The notes beneath the pieces are model-generated. The model worked only from the letters and a program-made list of their open reading frames with translations, was not told the origin of the DNA and made no database searches. The position numbers were made by a program, and so were the translations under genes. From contig CM106586.1 in NCBI GenBank assembly GCA_048013815.1, positions 23,436,001 to 23,500,000 of the forward strand: DNA of 64,000 nucleotides, in the 5' to 3' direction. The DNA is from Setoptus koraiensis. Taxonomy: Eukaryota > Animalia > Arthropoda. Below, piece after piece: positions 33,557 through 44,466 of the stretch (the first letter of the stretch is position 1; each line of letters starts with the position of its first letter).

Positions 33557-36265
33557 ATGGAGACTACCACTTACTACCATCCAGACACCACTCCATCCAA
33601 GCTAGATCATCGTCACCAGCAGGACCAATCCACCATATCCATCCAGTCACATCATGAACAGCTACATCGTCCCACAAACGACACACTCAACAGTGTCAAA
33701 CAACAACAGCTAGACAGCAACAGTAACAATAATCTGCTTGGACCACTGTCTCCGTCGTCCACATCAAACTCATCACATTCGTCCATGTCTAGTCATGGTG
33801 CTGCTATTAGCGATGATAGCGAGCGTGATCATCATCATCATAGGGCCACATCATCCTCACCGCCGTCCTCTTGTAACTCTTCCTATGGCTCAAATAGTGG
33901 ACAAAAATTAATAAACCAAACAGTCAATAATAGCAGTATAGCTGCTGAAATACCAGGCGGTGTTGTGACAACTCAAAACATAAGCACTGTCATCAGGCCA
34001 AAGAGCAATAACAATTCATTGCAGTTTGTCAAAATAAACACGCCGGAGTTAAGTAAGAAGGCGGTTGAACAAATCAAATTAGCCGAAGAGACTAAAATAA
34101 GCAAAGACAAAATTAAAGAGGTTGAAGAGGAATGGCAAAACAACTTGCTCAGCTGGAAATCTAAACGACGCCAACAATTTGTTCATTCCATTGGAACTAG
34201 TGATGATGATAATCTAGAACGCAACAATTCTTTTGATGCAAACAATGGAACACCTAGGAAAGTTAAAACTTTCGCCGAAATGCTGGAGGAAAGAGCAAAA
34301 TCTGGCACCAGGATAGGTTATAATTTGCAAAAGTATATTGTTCCCACAGAGGATGAAGAGGACGCAGTGTTCAATGTTCACTCTATCAATCATGATGCCA
34401 ATGATAATGTGGACAATTTTCAATCTGACCACTCCGACGACGATTGTAATTGTAATGACGGTGATGATGATCACGTTGACGGCCACCACCAGACGAGACT
34501 CGATCACGATAAACTCGACGTCAGTAACAAACTGGACCAAGTTGACAACAACAAAGTCGCATTCCAAACTAAAAATATTCATGACCAGGACCCCATGAAA
34601 TACCGTCCTGATTTACTACAGAATACAGACAGTCGAAAAAACATGCACGTTGTGGACATTGGCTTGGATAAAAGTCTCAATGATGATACCTCATGTGATA
34701 AAAATACTGATGATAACGATAAACATCAGCAAAACATTTCAACTAAAACTCTAAACTTATTTAGAGGAAGCTCAACTCCTACCAAGACAGATGTTTTTGA
34801 TCAGTCATACATGACCAACATCAACGATAACAAAAATGATTCTCAGCAATATAAAACGCGACCATTCCCTAACCATTCGATTCCGCCAGCTGCTTTAGAC
34901 GCGAGCCATAACAAACTTGTGAACCAAAGAAAATCTACTTTCAATTACAGTGGGATAAAAGATCCAATCGGCGGGCATGATTACGGGAAAGGTGAGGAAG
35001 AAGAGGAGGAAGAACATGAGGAAGAGGAAGAAGAGGAGGAGGAAGAAGAAGAAGAGGAGGAGGAAGAGGACCCTGAAGTAGAGGAGTTACGCTTGAAACA
35101 GAAAATTGCATTTGAAGCTAAGCTAAAGGCCTTCGAAAATCTAGCAAAAGTAGAGGCCAGTTCACCCTATAAACCTCCATCCATTCGTAAAACTGTAACG
35201 AAGACTTTTGATACAATCACTACAACATTCAGCTCTGATACGAAATATCATTCGAATGAAAAAGAGTCAACCAAAAACAATGAAATATGTTTTTCACCCC
35301 GCTCCAAGTCAATTCAAGGACCAACAGAACCTAATTTTGACGACACGACGAATCACAGCCAAGAAACTAGATCGAAACAATGCGCACAAGAGGACTACAG
35401 AGAATTGCGTGGAATTCGTTCACCAGTCAGCAAGCCAAATGATTGTCGCGCACAAAATGAAGCTTCGTTTACCAAAAATTCTATCAAATTAGACTGCTCC
35501 GGTCATCTTGAAAGTTCACTGATGACAGCGCAAAAACAACCATCTGTAGATAGTTACAACTCTAACCAAACTCAACCAACTCAAGTTATACCAAAGCAGG
35601 CTTCATCCAGAGGAGAAACTGTAAAAATTAATGTTAACTCTCCTCCTATAAGTTCCCGTTCCATGGTCCGAACCATTAATATAGCTCAAATGAATGATAT
35701 TGATCAAGTAACAGACCAGGTGGATCTAAGCACCGAAAGACTATCTGCAATTACTCTGAGTAAGCCTTTAGTTCCAAACCCGGAGTTCATTCAAAATTCT
35801 GATGTGGATCTAACTTCATCAAGTACTATAGCAAGCACAATAGGAAAACAACAACATAGTCTATCAGATAGTGTGACATTGACAGCAAATAGAGCACCCG
35901 AGAGTAACTTCAAACCGAAGGATCGAAACGTATTTAATGTTAATAACAATAATAACATTGACGCAACAAAACCACTAAACTTACCTCCGGACAAACAGGC
36001 TAGTGGTGGTCACGACAAGAAAGGAGTTCTATCTGTTAGTGGCCGGAAACGATGCTCGTCCTGTGGAGAGGAACTGGGCCGGGGTGCTGCGGCATTCGTA
36101 GTGGAGTCGTTGTCACTGTATTACCATACTAGCTGTTTCAGGTGTTCTGTTTGTCATGTTCAATTATCGAATGGTTTCCGTGGAGTGGATGTTCGCGTGC
36201 ACGCTAATGCTCTGCACTGCCAAAATTGTTATTCCAAAGATGGACTTAACTACAGCAGAGTCTAA
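33557..36265 (+). CDS. LMO7: LMO7/LIMCH1 (smallish)-like LIM-domain protein, 902 aa from ATG 33557; an upstream exon is possible
   Basis: WQNNLLSWKSKRR (DUF4757-type motif of LMO7/LIMCH1), a poly-Glu tract, C-terminal LSVSGRKRC plus LIM domain CSSC..H..CFRC..C...C..C, and a PDZ-ligand-like terminus YSRV. A splice acceptor (TTACAG) ends at 33506. Confidence 0.85.
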   Translation: METTTYYHPDTTPSKLDHRHQQDQSTISIQSHHEQLHRPTNDTLNSVKQQQLDSNSNNNLLGPLSPSSTSNSSHSSMSSHGAAISDDSERDHHHHRATSSSPPSSCNSSYGSNSGQKLINQTVNNSSIAAEIPGGVVTTQNISTVIRPKSNNNSLQFVKINTPELSKKAVEQIKLAEETKISKDKIKEVEEEWQNNLLSWKSKRRQQFVHSIGTSDDDNLERNNSFDANNGTPRKVKTFAEMLEERAKSGTRIGYNLQKYIVPTEDEEDAVFNVHSINHDANDNVDNFQSDHSDDDCNCNDGDDDHVDGHHQTRLDHDKLDVSNKLDQVDNNKVAFQTKNIHDQDPMKYRPDLLQNTDSRKNMHVVDIGLDKSLNDDTSCDKNTDDNDKHQQNISTKTLNLFRGSSTPTKTDVFDQSYMTNINDNKNDSQQYKTRPFPNHSIPPAALDASHNKLVNQRKSTFNYSGIKDPIGGHDYGKGEEEEEEEHEEEEEEEEEEEEEEEEEDPEVEELRLKQKIAFEAKLKAFENLAKVEASSPYKPPSIRKTVTKTFDTITTTFSSDTKYHSNEKESTKNNEICFSPRSKSIQGPTEPNFDDTTNHSQETRSKQCAQEDYRELRGIRSPVSKPNDCRAQNEASFTKNSIKLDCSGHLESSLMTAQKQPSVDSYNSNQTQPTQVIPKQASSRGETVKINVNSPPISSRSMVRTINIAQMNDIDQVTDQVDLSTERLSAITLSKPLVPNPEFIQNSDVDLTSSSTIASTIGKQQHSLSDSVTLTANRAPESNFKPKDRNVFNVNNNNNIDATKPLNLPPDKQASGGHDKKGVLSVSGRKRCSSCGEELGRGAAAFVVESLSLYYHTSCFRCSVCHVQLSNGFRGVDVRVHANALHCQNCYSKDGLNYSRV

Positions 36266-36995
36266 CCATAACTATATCTCTTCTATTCTAAATTTATGTG
36301 ACCAACGTTCGATCTGTATCAAATCAACGGTTGTCGATATAAGTAAACTTATCATCAGAAAGTCTGGCTCATGAGTGACTGTTATCCTAGAATAAACATG
36401 TATAAGAATTTCAATTTTAAAGCATCCACAATCTTATCAATTATTCTTGCAATCGAGCGAACAGCTTCATAGTGCGCACAGTTTCTCTACAGTTACTTTA
36501 ATTCCTGTTAACTTTCTAGCAATCAATCTTTTATTGGATGCCGCACACACATTGTATATGCTGGCAAATATCGATTGTTACATAACTGCAAGTTTTAATC
36601 ATACAATATCGATACCCTATTCTATTCGCACGCTCGCATCGCATGTTAATGCCGACAGCCAACGATGCTGACTATCAAGACACGCGATATCATTTCATTT
36701 GTCATTTATAAGGCTATCGGCAAAGAAAATCGTTATCGCAAGTGAAAATATCCTAAATATCACACACAAATTAATAGTTATATCAAATTTAAAAATCTTA
36801 TAATTTTTAGTATATTAGTCGTTGTATGCCAAATTTCAGTCATAAAATCACTCACATAGAGGAATATCGATGAATTTCATATACCTGCTATAAATACCAA
36901 ATAAAAACAATCTTACATGTAGACTGGTTGCAGCAAACCGTCAGTTTAACAAGAAAAATTATATATTCACTCATAAGCCTAAACGTCAATCGTCA

Positions 36996-37577
36996 TTATT
37001 GAACATTATTATCAGCATCATCTAGAGGAAATGCCGAACCTAATATCCTCAAGCGAGCCTTGGCGTACTCGTCTGCACGTTCCTGGTAAGTTCTCATAGT
37101 TTTATTACTATTACTATTGTTTATCACTGTCCTAGCATTGGTATTCGATTGGCCATAATCATCCGTCGTCCTAGAATTGAATGGTGCCGCCGTTGTTGCG
37201 GCAGCGTTATTATTTCTACTAAGGACATTGCTGTATGATGTTGTGGTAGTTTTAGCAGCATCAATTGCATTTGATTCAAGGCCTGCCCTGTGTCCAGGCG
37301 CTGATGTGTTAGTTGCAACAGCATCAAAAATACTATTATTAAATGATGCTGTAATTACGTTATTACTATCAACAGCTTGATTGGCGGCGTCAGCGGCGGG
37401 TCGAGGACGACGTAATATCTTAACTTGTGGCTTATATTGAGTACGCGTGTTGTCTTCTAATGTGACTTGTATGGGACCTCTATTGATGGTCCTCTGATGA
37501 ACTGGGCCGCCTTCGCCGTCTGAAGTGTGCGGGCCATGGTTGAATAAGGTGGACGTTGAGTTGGCGCTATCCGTCAT
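36996..37577 (-). CDS. SZRD1: SUZ domain-containing protein 1-like
   Basis: PQVKILRRP and RTYQERADEYAKARLRILGSA motifs typical of SZRD1/SUZ. First in-frame ATG at 37577. Confidence 0.8.
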   Translation of the reverse strand: MTDSANSTSTLFNHGPHTSDGEGGPVHQRTINRGPIQVTLEDNTRTQYKPQVKILRRPRPAADAANQAVDSNNVITASFNNSIFDAVATNTSAPGHRAGLESNAIDAAKTTTTSYSNVLSRNNNAAATTAAPFNSRTTDDYGQSNTNARTVINNSNSNKTMRTYQERADEYAKARLRILGSAFPLDDADNNVQ

Positions 37578-38416
37578 AGTTGTTTCAGGTTGATATGATA
37601 TTGATTTCAATTGGGTGGATGCATTGCGTTGATATAATGATGATGATATTGATAATATTGATTATTATGTTAATAACAATAATAATAATAGCAGCAACAG
37701 CGATAGTGATAGTGATAATAGCAAGTGTTAGTTTAGAGTAGTAATAATAATAATAATAATAGTAGCGTTGTTAATAATAATAATAATAATATGGCGATAG
37801 TGAGTGTGTTTGCCTTAACATGCAGGTGATAGCGAGCCTTCTTCTTCTTGTAGGGTTGCCCTCAATTCTAGAATTCTAAATAATTGTTGTCTGTAGCCAG
37901 CCAGGCTGATCCAGCTGAAATGTAGCTGGATTGTTACTACGTTTCTTATTGGAGTTTGTGCCCTGTTTATCATTACTGTTCATGTATTAATTTGCACAGA
38001 CACACAGACGCACGCACAGACAGACACACAGACAGGCATGGAGACGCAGGCTGGTTGTTGGGCAGACGAGCGGACAGACGGGCAAACAGTGTGTGCATTA
38101 TACTAGTGTTACATACTGTAGTGTACGTTGGTATTAGTTGTATTCATCAGTTCTATTAGTTCTACATTAGTTATAGTTTGCGTTGCTGTAGTGTTGCTGC
38201 GTCCGTAGCGAGCGGCAGTTGCACTATTGCACACACACTGCACTGGCGGTAACAGGCGGTGCCGACAACTATTCTCGGCTGGCCTGTACACAGGCGAACA
38301 TGACCACAACGAACGAACGAACGAACGTACACAGGCCAGCGCTCACAAACGCAGACTAGCCCTTCGTTCCACGCACATCGTCATGTCAAATGGTCGCGCT
38401 GTGTGTGTGTGTGCAC

Positions 38417-38424
38417 TATAAAAG
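38417..38424 (+). promoter_or_regulatory. Candidate TATA box in the divergent SZRD1/syndapin intergenic region
   Basis: TATAAAAG about 700 bp upstream of the syndapin ATG. Motif match only. Confidence 0.3.
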
Positions 38425-39118
38425 GCACACAGTCTCTGTCTGCTGTTGCCCCCCCTCCCCCCTCCCTTCAAATTCGATTCTACACACATTCTGCTGAACG
38501 CAGAATCTGCATTCAGCAACAACAATCTCCGACAACCACTGCAACTCACACTGCACCGACTGTAGTGGCTGCTCTCTATGCCAGCCTAAATGATTGTGCC
38601 ACTGTGCCACACACTCACGCACTTTGTTGCACAGAATTAGAATGCACTCATGGGTCAGCAGTGTTAATGAGCGAGCGATTGCTCCAATTGTGCGTGTGCG
38701 TGTTTGTATGTCCGAGCGACTTGTAATTATCAATGTATCATCATCATCAATATCGTCGCTATTTCCAGTATTACCACCATTGCTATTGCTATTGTTATTA
38801 TTATAGATGATGTAAATTAATATTATTTTTCTTTTATTAGCGTCGACCTCAATCACACTGTCTACACCGTTTATAATAATAATTGTAAATCACAATAAAT
38901 ATCATCACGTCGTCAACACACAAACAGACATGACGTCAACCCGGCCAAATCGTCGCTGTCGTCATGTCTGAGCCACTTGACAAGCTCACCCGGAAATATC
39001 GTATTAATTTTATTAAATTATCCACTACTTAATTCAATCAGCAAACTGGCTGCATAGCTTCAGGTACAACCTAGATCATTTTTTGGCTCCTTCTACACCT
39101 GACAGTATCCTGCCAACC

Positions 39119-40740
39119 ATGTCCAATCATTCCGATGACGCGCTACTTTGTGGCCCATCAAGTGAAAGCTTCTGGGAGCCGGGCAATTACAAGCGCACCA
39201 CTAAACGAATTGAGGATGGCAATCGCCTTTGCAATGAGATTGTGCAATTGATACAAGAGAGATGTGATATTGAAAAGAATTATGGTAAAAGTCTGCATGG
39301 TTGGTCTAAGAAATGGAATGACGTTATAACCAAGGGACCAGAATATGGCACTACAGAGGCTGCCTGGAAGGGTATACTATATGAGGCTGAACGCCGCAAT
39401 GATTTACACATCAAAATTAAAGATAAACTCACTGATGATGTCATATCAAATATTAAACAATGGCAAAAGGAAAAATTCCACAGATCTATGATGCAAATTA
39501 AAGAGAAAAAAGAAATAGACGACGAATTTAAGAAAGCTCAAAAACCGTGGTCAAAACTTCTGAATCGAGTCAACAAATGCAAGTCAGATTATCATGCTGC
39601 TTGCAAAAACGAGAGGACAGCTGCTAATCAGGAACGTAACGCTTCTAGTGATACATCCCTATCTCCGGATCAATTGCGCAAATTACAAGATCGAGTTGCT
39701 AAATGCAGGGAAGAGGTCCAAAAAACAAAAGAGAAGTACGAGCAGGCCCTACAAGAAATTAGTCAATATAATACTAAATATATAGAAGAGATGACGCTAG
39801 TATTTGAAAAATGTCAAAGTCTAGAAGAGAAACGGTTAAATTTCTTCAAGGAGATATTATTCAACATACACAGCTGCCTTAACATTGCTAATGATCCTGA
39901 TCTTCCAATCATATATGAGGAATACCGTCATACAATTCAAAATGCCGATGCTTCAAAAGATCTTAAATGGTGGTCAAATAATCATGGTATTGGTATGACA
40001 ATGAATTGGCCGCAATTCGAGGTAAGTAATCTTGGAAAAAAAACAGCACATTCTTCCAAACGTTGCATTATGCACGACAAGTATCTGATTCACGTTATCT
40101 CGATGTTTCTTGCTGCATAAACACAAATGCTACTATACAATGCGTGGTTCCTGATAATACAGCCGTTCTCTGAAGAATTCAGAGATATCATTAAAGATAC
40201 TAAGACCAAGAAGACTTTTTCGACCGGGGATGGTATTATGTTGATTAATCAACACAAATTCAACGAAGAACTTCCTGTAAGTACTTTTATGTTTTGGTTT
40301 CTTTAACAACTAGATGTTCGAGCTCAAAATTCTCACATATCAATAAACTAACCTCCTACTCTCTTTTTTCGACCTTCAACAACATTTCAATCACCTGCCA
40401 TCTGTAGGAGCCATCGATAATAAGTGATACTATCGTTTCTCAGAACAATAACAACAGTATTAACAATAACAATAACAATCATTCTGAGGAGCACGAAGAA
40501 GACTGGGATGATGAATATTCTTCAAATGACGTAATGGTGGATAATGGAGAGCCAGGGCTTCCTGTAAGAGCCCTGTATGATTATGAGGGAGCAGAGTCAG
40601 ACGAGTTATCTTTCAAGCAGGGCGAAGTGTTCGAAAAACTAGAAGACGAAGACGAACAAGGTTGGTGTAAGGGTAGAAAAGACAATCGGGTCGGGTTATA
40701 CCCTGCAAACTATGTAGAGTTAATTACAGAGAAAGTTTAG
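39119..40740 (+). CDS. Synd: Syndapin/PACSIN (F-BAR + SH3), 3 exons (39119-40021, 40163-40276, 40408-40740), 449 aa
   Basis: [22 protein letters not shown]...[23 protein letters not shown] donors at 40022 and 40277, AG acceptors ending at 40162 and 40407, both introns phase 0. SH3 [17 protein letters not shown]...GWCKG...GLYPANYV. Confidence 0.95.
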
Positions 40741-41084
40741 AAGTTCATTTGTTGAATCCTATGATAGATATTCCATCGTAAGACTAATTGTAAAATTAAT
40801 TGTTAGAAAAACTATGATCATTTGCCAACTCACTAAAAGATGCCATCTTATTGTCATACTACGACAATTATCTTGAAGACACTTTTCATTTCTAAACAGA
40901 TATTGTCAAAACTTAATTTATAAATCACCTTGCCATCATGCAATCATGCAATCATGAACGAAGAGCGCTTAGAGGATAAAGAGATTAGCCAAATGGAATC
41001 CAAACAAATTCCACAATTATAAGATTGTCTATAGTATTATGTAACTACTCCTCTAATAAAATCTATTTATCATTAATGGTTCCT

Positions 41085-41360
41085 CATTCGTCATCACGGT
41101 GGTCAGACCGAGAATCGTCCACATAATCATTTGCGCAATGTTCGATAGAGTGAACATTAGCGCTGCATCCTCTTCATCCTTTGTGGGAACAATATAACTT
41201 AGCAAATTTTAGCATATCCTGGTGCCAGATTTTGCTCGTTCCTCCAGAAAGTTTTAACTTTTCTAGGTGTTCCATTGGCCTCGTCGAAAGGATTGTTACG
41301 ATCAAGGTTATCGTCACCTTTGAGAGGAAGGCAATGAGGATGATGTCGTAAAATTTCAAT
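41085..41360 (-). pseudogene. Inverted, frameshifted partial duplicate of the LMO7-like gene (source about 34154-34444)
   Basis: Minus strand CAATGGAACACCTAGAAAAGTTAAAACTTTC-CTGGAGGAACGAGCAAAATCTGGCACCAGGATA...TATATTGTTCCCACAAAGGATGAAGAGGA...AATGTTCACTCTATC matches 34243-34387 at roughly 85% by eye, with a ~10-nt deletion. Confidence 0.9.
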
Positions 41361-43039
41361 TTAAGATGGCGAATCGTCATTAACTATTGACAGTAGAAAG
41401 TATGATATAATAGGGTATCAACTGATGAGCCACAATAATATTGTCAATCATCAGTTGTGTCGAACGCCGGGAGATGGCGTCGGATTTCAGCGAAATTCTA
41501 CCATGAGTTGACGCTTCGATTTGCCTGGAAATTCTTTCAAAATGCTTCCAAAATCCCGCATGTATCTTAACTGATGTGTCAACTGACCAGATCAGATTGG
41601 CTTTAACGCATGAACTCGAAGGTGTGTGTAAGATACGAATGGCGTAGTTGTTGGCCAGCTGAGATGCGAGCTAGGCACCGAGCGGCAGCAGCAAGCAGCT
41701 TTTATGATTTATTTGACTTGTCAACAGAGTTTTCGCCGAGTTTTATGGCCTGTCTGTGTGCTCCGAAACACTCAATGCTCAGCATGGCTAGAATATCTTC
41801 ATTTGAGAGGATTCGAATAAATAGAATAGAGTGTGTCACACTGTTTACGTTAATGAAGAGTGGCCGAGAGTGACTTTCGGTCATGGTACCGTGGCACTGG
41901 GACACACGGACACGCGGAAACAAGTGACCATTATATTGGTGACAATTCAATATTCGATATTGGACATTCAATAATCAATATTCAATATTGGGCATGGCGA
42001 GAGGATACCTTTTGGGAGCGCGCGAGCGTTTAAGCGAGCTACTTTTTATGACCCTAAGATAATTAACAACAATCTGTCCCCCATCGTTTCATGTCGCGGA
42101 TCTCGGCTTGTGGTGTTGATTGAGCCACCCGTCCGACGGCAGATAAACAGCCCATTCACTGCAGCGTTTAGTGCTGTGTGTAGTGGAAAAGAGAGAGCGA
42201 ACCATTATCGGCCCCAACTGACCATTACCTGGTGACCAAAAATGGCCGAAAGTAGTGTCGTGGGCCATAAACGAGCGTGAAACTGCACGAGCGATACACT
42301 TGGCTTTGAGCTCTGGATGGTATGCAAATGTGCAAATGGAACGTTTGCGTTGAAAATTTTGCCTACACTGTGTGCCACTCTCAAACTATGGCCGGCATCA
42401 TTGGCATCGGTGGGTATCTTCGGCAGCGATTGGGGCACGTCTGATGATGTAGAGCAACAGTTTGATTTATTCGATACCTGTCAACGATTTGCATTAGCAG
42501 AGGCTGTTTGCAAACAGAGAACGAGAATGGCGCCAAGAAGCTGCGAGTGAAGTGAGTGAAGAAGCCAGCAATTGAGACAACTCTGTTGACCATCGACGTA
42601 GCATGTGCTCCGAAGCCTCCGAATTGGACTTTGCAACTGTTCAGAGATCGCGAATATGAATTATAGGCCCGGCAAAGACGCGCCAGGGACACATAAGGCG
42701 ACGGGACCAAGATGGAAATGAAACGGGCCGGCAATTGACCCGTTACTCAGAAACATGGCCGCACACAGTTATAGGCAACAAGAAGCAAAGAAAGAGGCAC
42801 AAAAAACCAGGTGAGATGAAAAACCGGCCAGATATTGGGCAAGAGATTTCGGGTTCAGTGGTGAGATGTAGGTTGTTTTAATAGTATAGTAGTTGTACAT
42901 GATACCGTGTTGTTGTCGCTGCGTTGTGCCCTTTTAATGATGATGTTAATTATGTTATTATTAATAATAGTGATAGTAATACTAGTGGTAATAATAATAA
43001 TAATAGCAATAATAATAATAATAATTGTCATAATAATAG

Positions 43040-43040
<1 letters not shown>

Positions 43041-43088
<48 letters not shown>
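43041..43088. repeat. (TG)24 microsatellite 3' of Scr
   Basis: Direct reading. Confidence 0.95.
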
Positions 43089-43094
<6 letters not shown>

Positions 43095-44062
43095 ACAAGT
43101 ATTTTGTTCCTTATTTTTTCGCATTTCTCAACCTCAAGAGAGACTGACTGATTTTCTCTCTTTCTCTCTCCCGCTAAAATACACTACAGTTGCAATAGTT
43201 GGCCAAAAGAGATCCTATAGTCCTGATAATACTGATAATTGTTTCATTTGTTTGTTTTCGCTTGTTGTTTGCAATGCAGATTGATAGAAGATGTTGGCGC
43301 CTCTAAAGATTACAATTTTTAATTTGGTCTTTGGCCAGTTGTGGCCAACCTGCTCCAGGTAACGCTTACATACTGTGTGCAATATCCAGTGTTACCTGAT
43401 ATAACTGTAGTCGAACTGACGCAACGCGATAGCAATCATTTTCAAATAAATATTCGCAATGCATGTCTTGTAGATTTATTTTTATCAAACAGGTGATATT
43501 GGCCACTTTTTGATATATAGGAGTGAGTATTGTTGTAGTGGTAGGTGAATGAATGTATAAGTGTGTTTGTTGATAGAATATTGTTGTTGTCGTTGTTGTT
43601 GTTTTTGTTGCTGCAACCAGACTATTCTAATTATTCATGATGTTAATTATGCCGTGCTAATAATGACTTAGGGTTTGTTGATTGCTTGTTAACAACACGG
43701 TCGCTGTCACGAATTGTGCTTGTGTGTGCGTGTGTGTGTGTGTGTGCTTGTGCTCGGAATTCGAATGATGATTACATAATAGTAATTGATTTACAATATT
43801 GCCACTTCTCTGTTGTATGTGTACACGGCCAAACACACACACACACACACACACACTCTGATGTGAGATCGTTGGTTTGTTTGTAAGTGACGCTAACCAA
43901 TAATACTAATTAATCACTCAATTAATTACTAACTGATCAGCTGACTAGCTACTAACTCGAGAAAGGTCGTCATAAGCTTCGCCCAGAACAGGTATTACAT
44001 TACGTATGTAGTATGTAGTATAATGACAAAATGAATTGTTATTAGCTATTATCGTCTCTTAG

Positions 44063-44466
44063 CTATCTCTTTGCTTCCGGGGAGTCGTTATGATGTGCGT
44101 GGGCGTGCGGATGGCTGTGTAAGTGTTGCAAATGATGATGGTTAGGATGATGATTTGAGGTATCTAACGGATGATGACCGTGATGGTGATGATGCTGTAG
44201 GTGATGATGATGGTGGTGGGCAGCCGGATTCATCAATTGTGGAGGCATGACACTCTGTAATTTGTGTTCCTTTTTCCATTTCATTCGCCTATTTTGGAAC
44301 CAAATCTTAATTTGGCGTTCGGTTAAACAAAGATTGTGCGCTATCTCAATGCGACGACGGCGCGTTAGATAACGATTGAAATGAAACTCTTTCTCCAATT
44401 CCAATGTCTGAAATCTTGTGTAAGATGTGCGTTGACGTTTAGTTTCGCCCATGGAATTGACCCCAT
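44063..44466 (-). CDS. Scr: Sex combs reduced (Hox5), exon 2: linker, homeodomain and His-rich tail
   Basis: [63 protein letters not shown] has the Scr-diagnostic N-terminal arm TKRQRTS and KEHK tail. Acceptor CTAATGACATTTAATAG ends at 44467. Confidence 0.96.

Noticed and set aside
40022-40120. C-terminal 32 aa of the 345-aa syndapin ORF
   Set aside because: Read-through into intron 1 after the GTAAGT donor.
41000-44062. miR-10 (ACCCUGUAGAUCCGAAUUUGU), expected 3' of Scr, and an 11-bp stem at about 43337-43398
   Set aside because: No mature-sequence match seen by eye, and the stem is too short for a pre-miRNA. A proper Infernal/miRBase scan is still needed.
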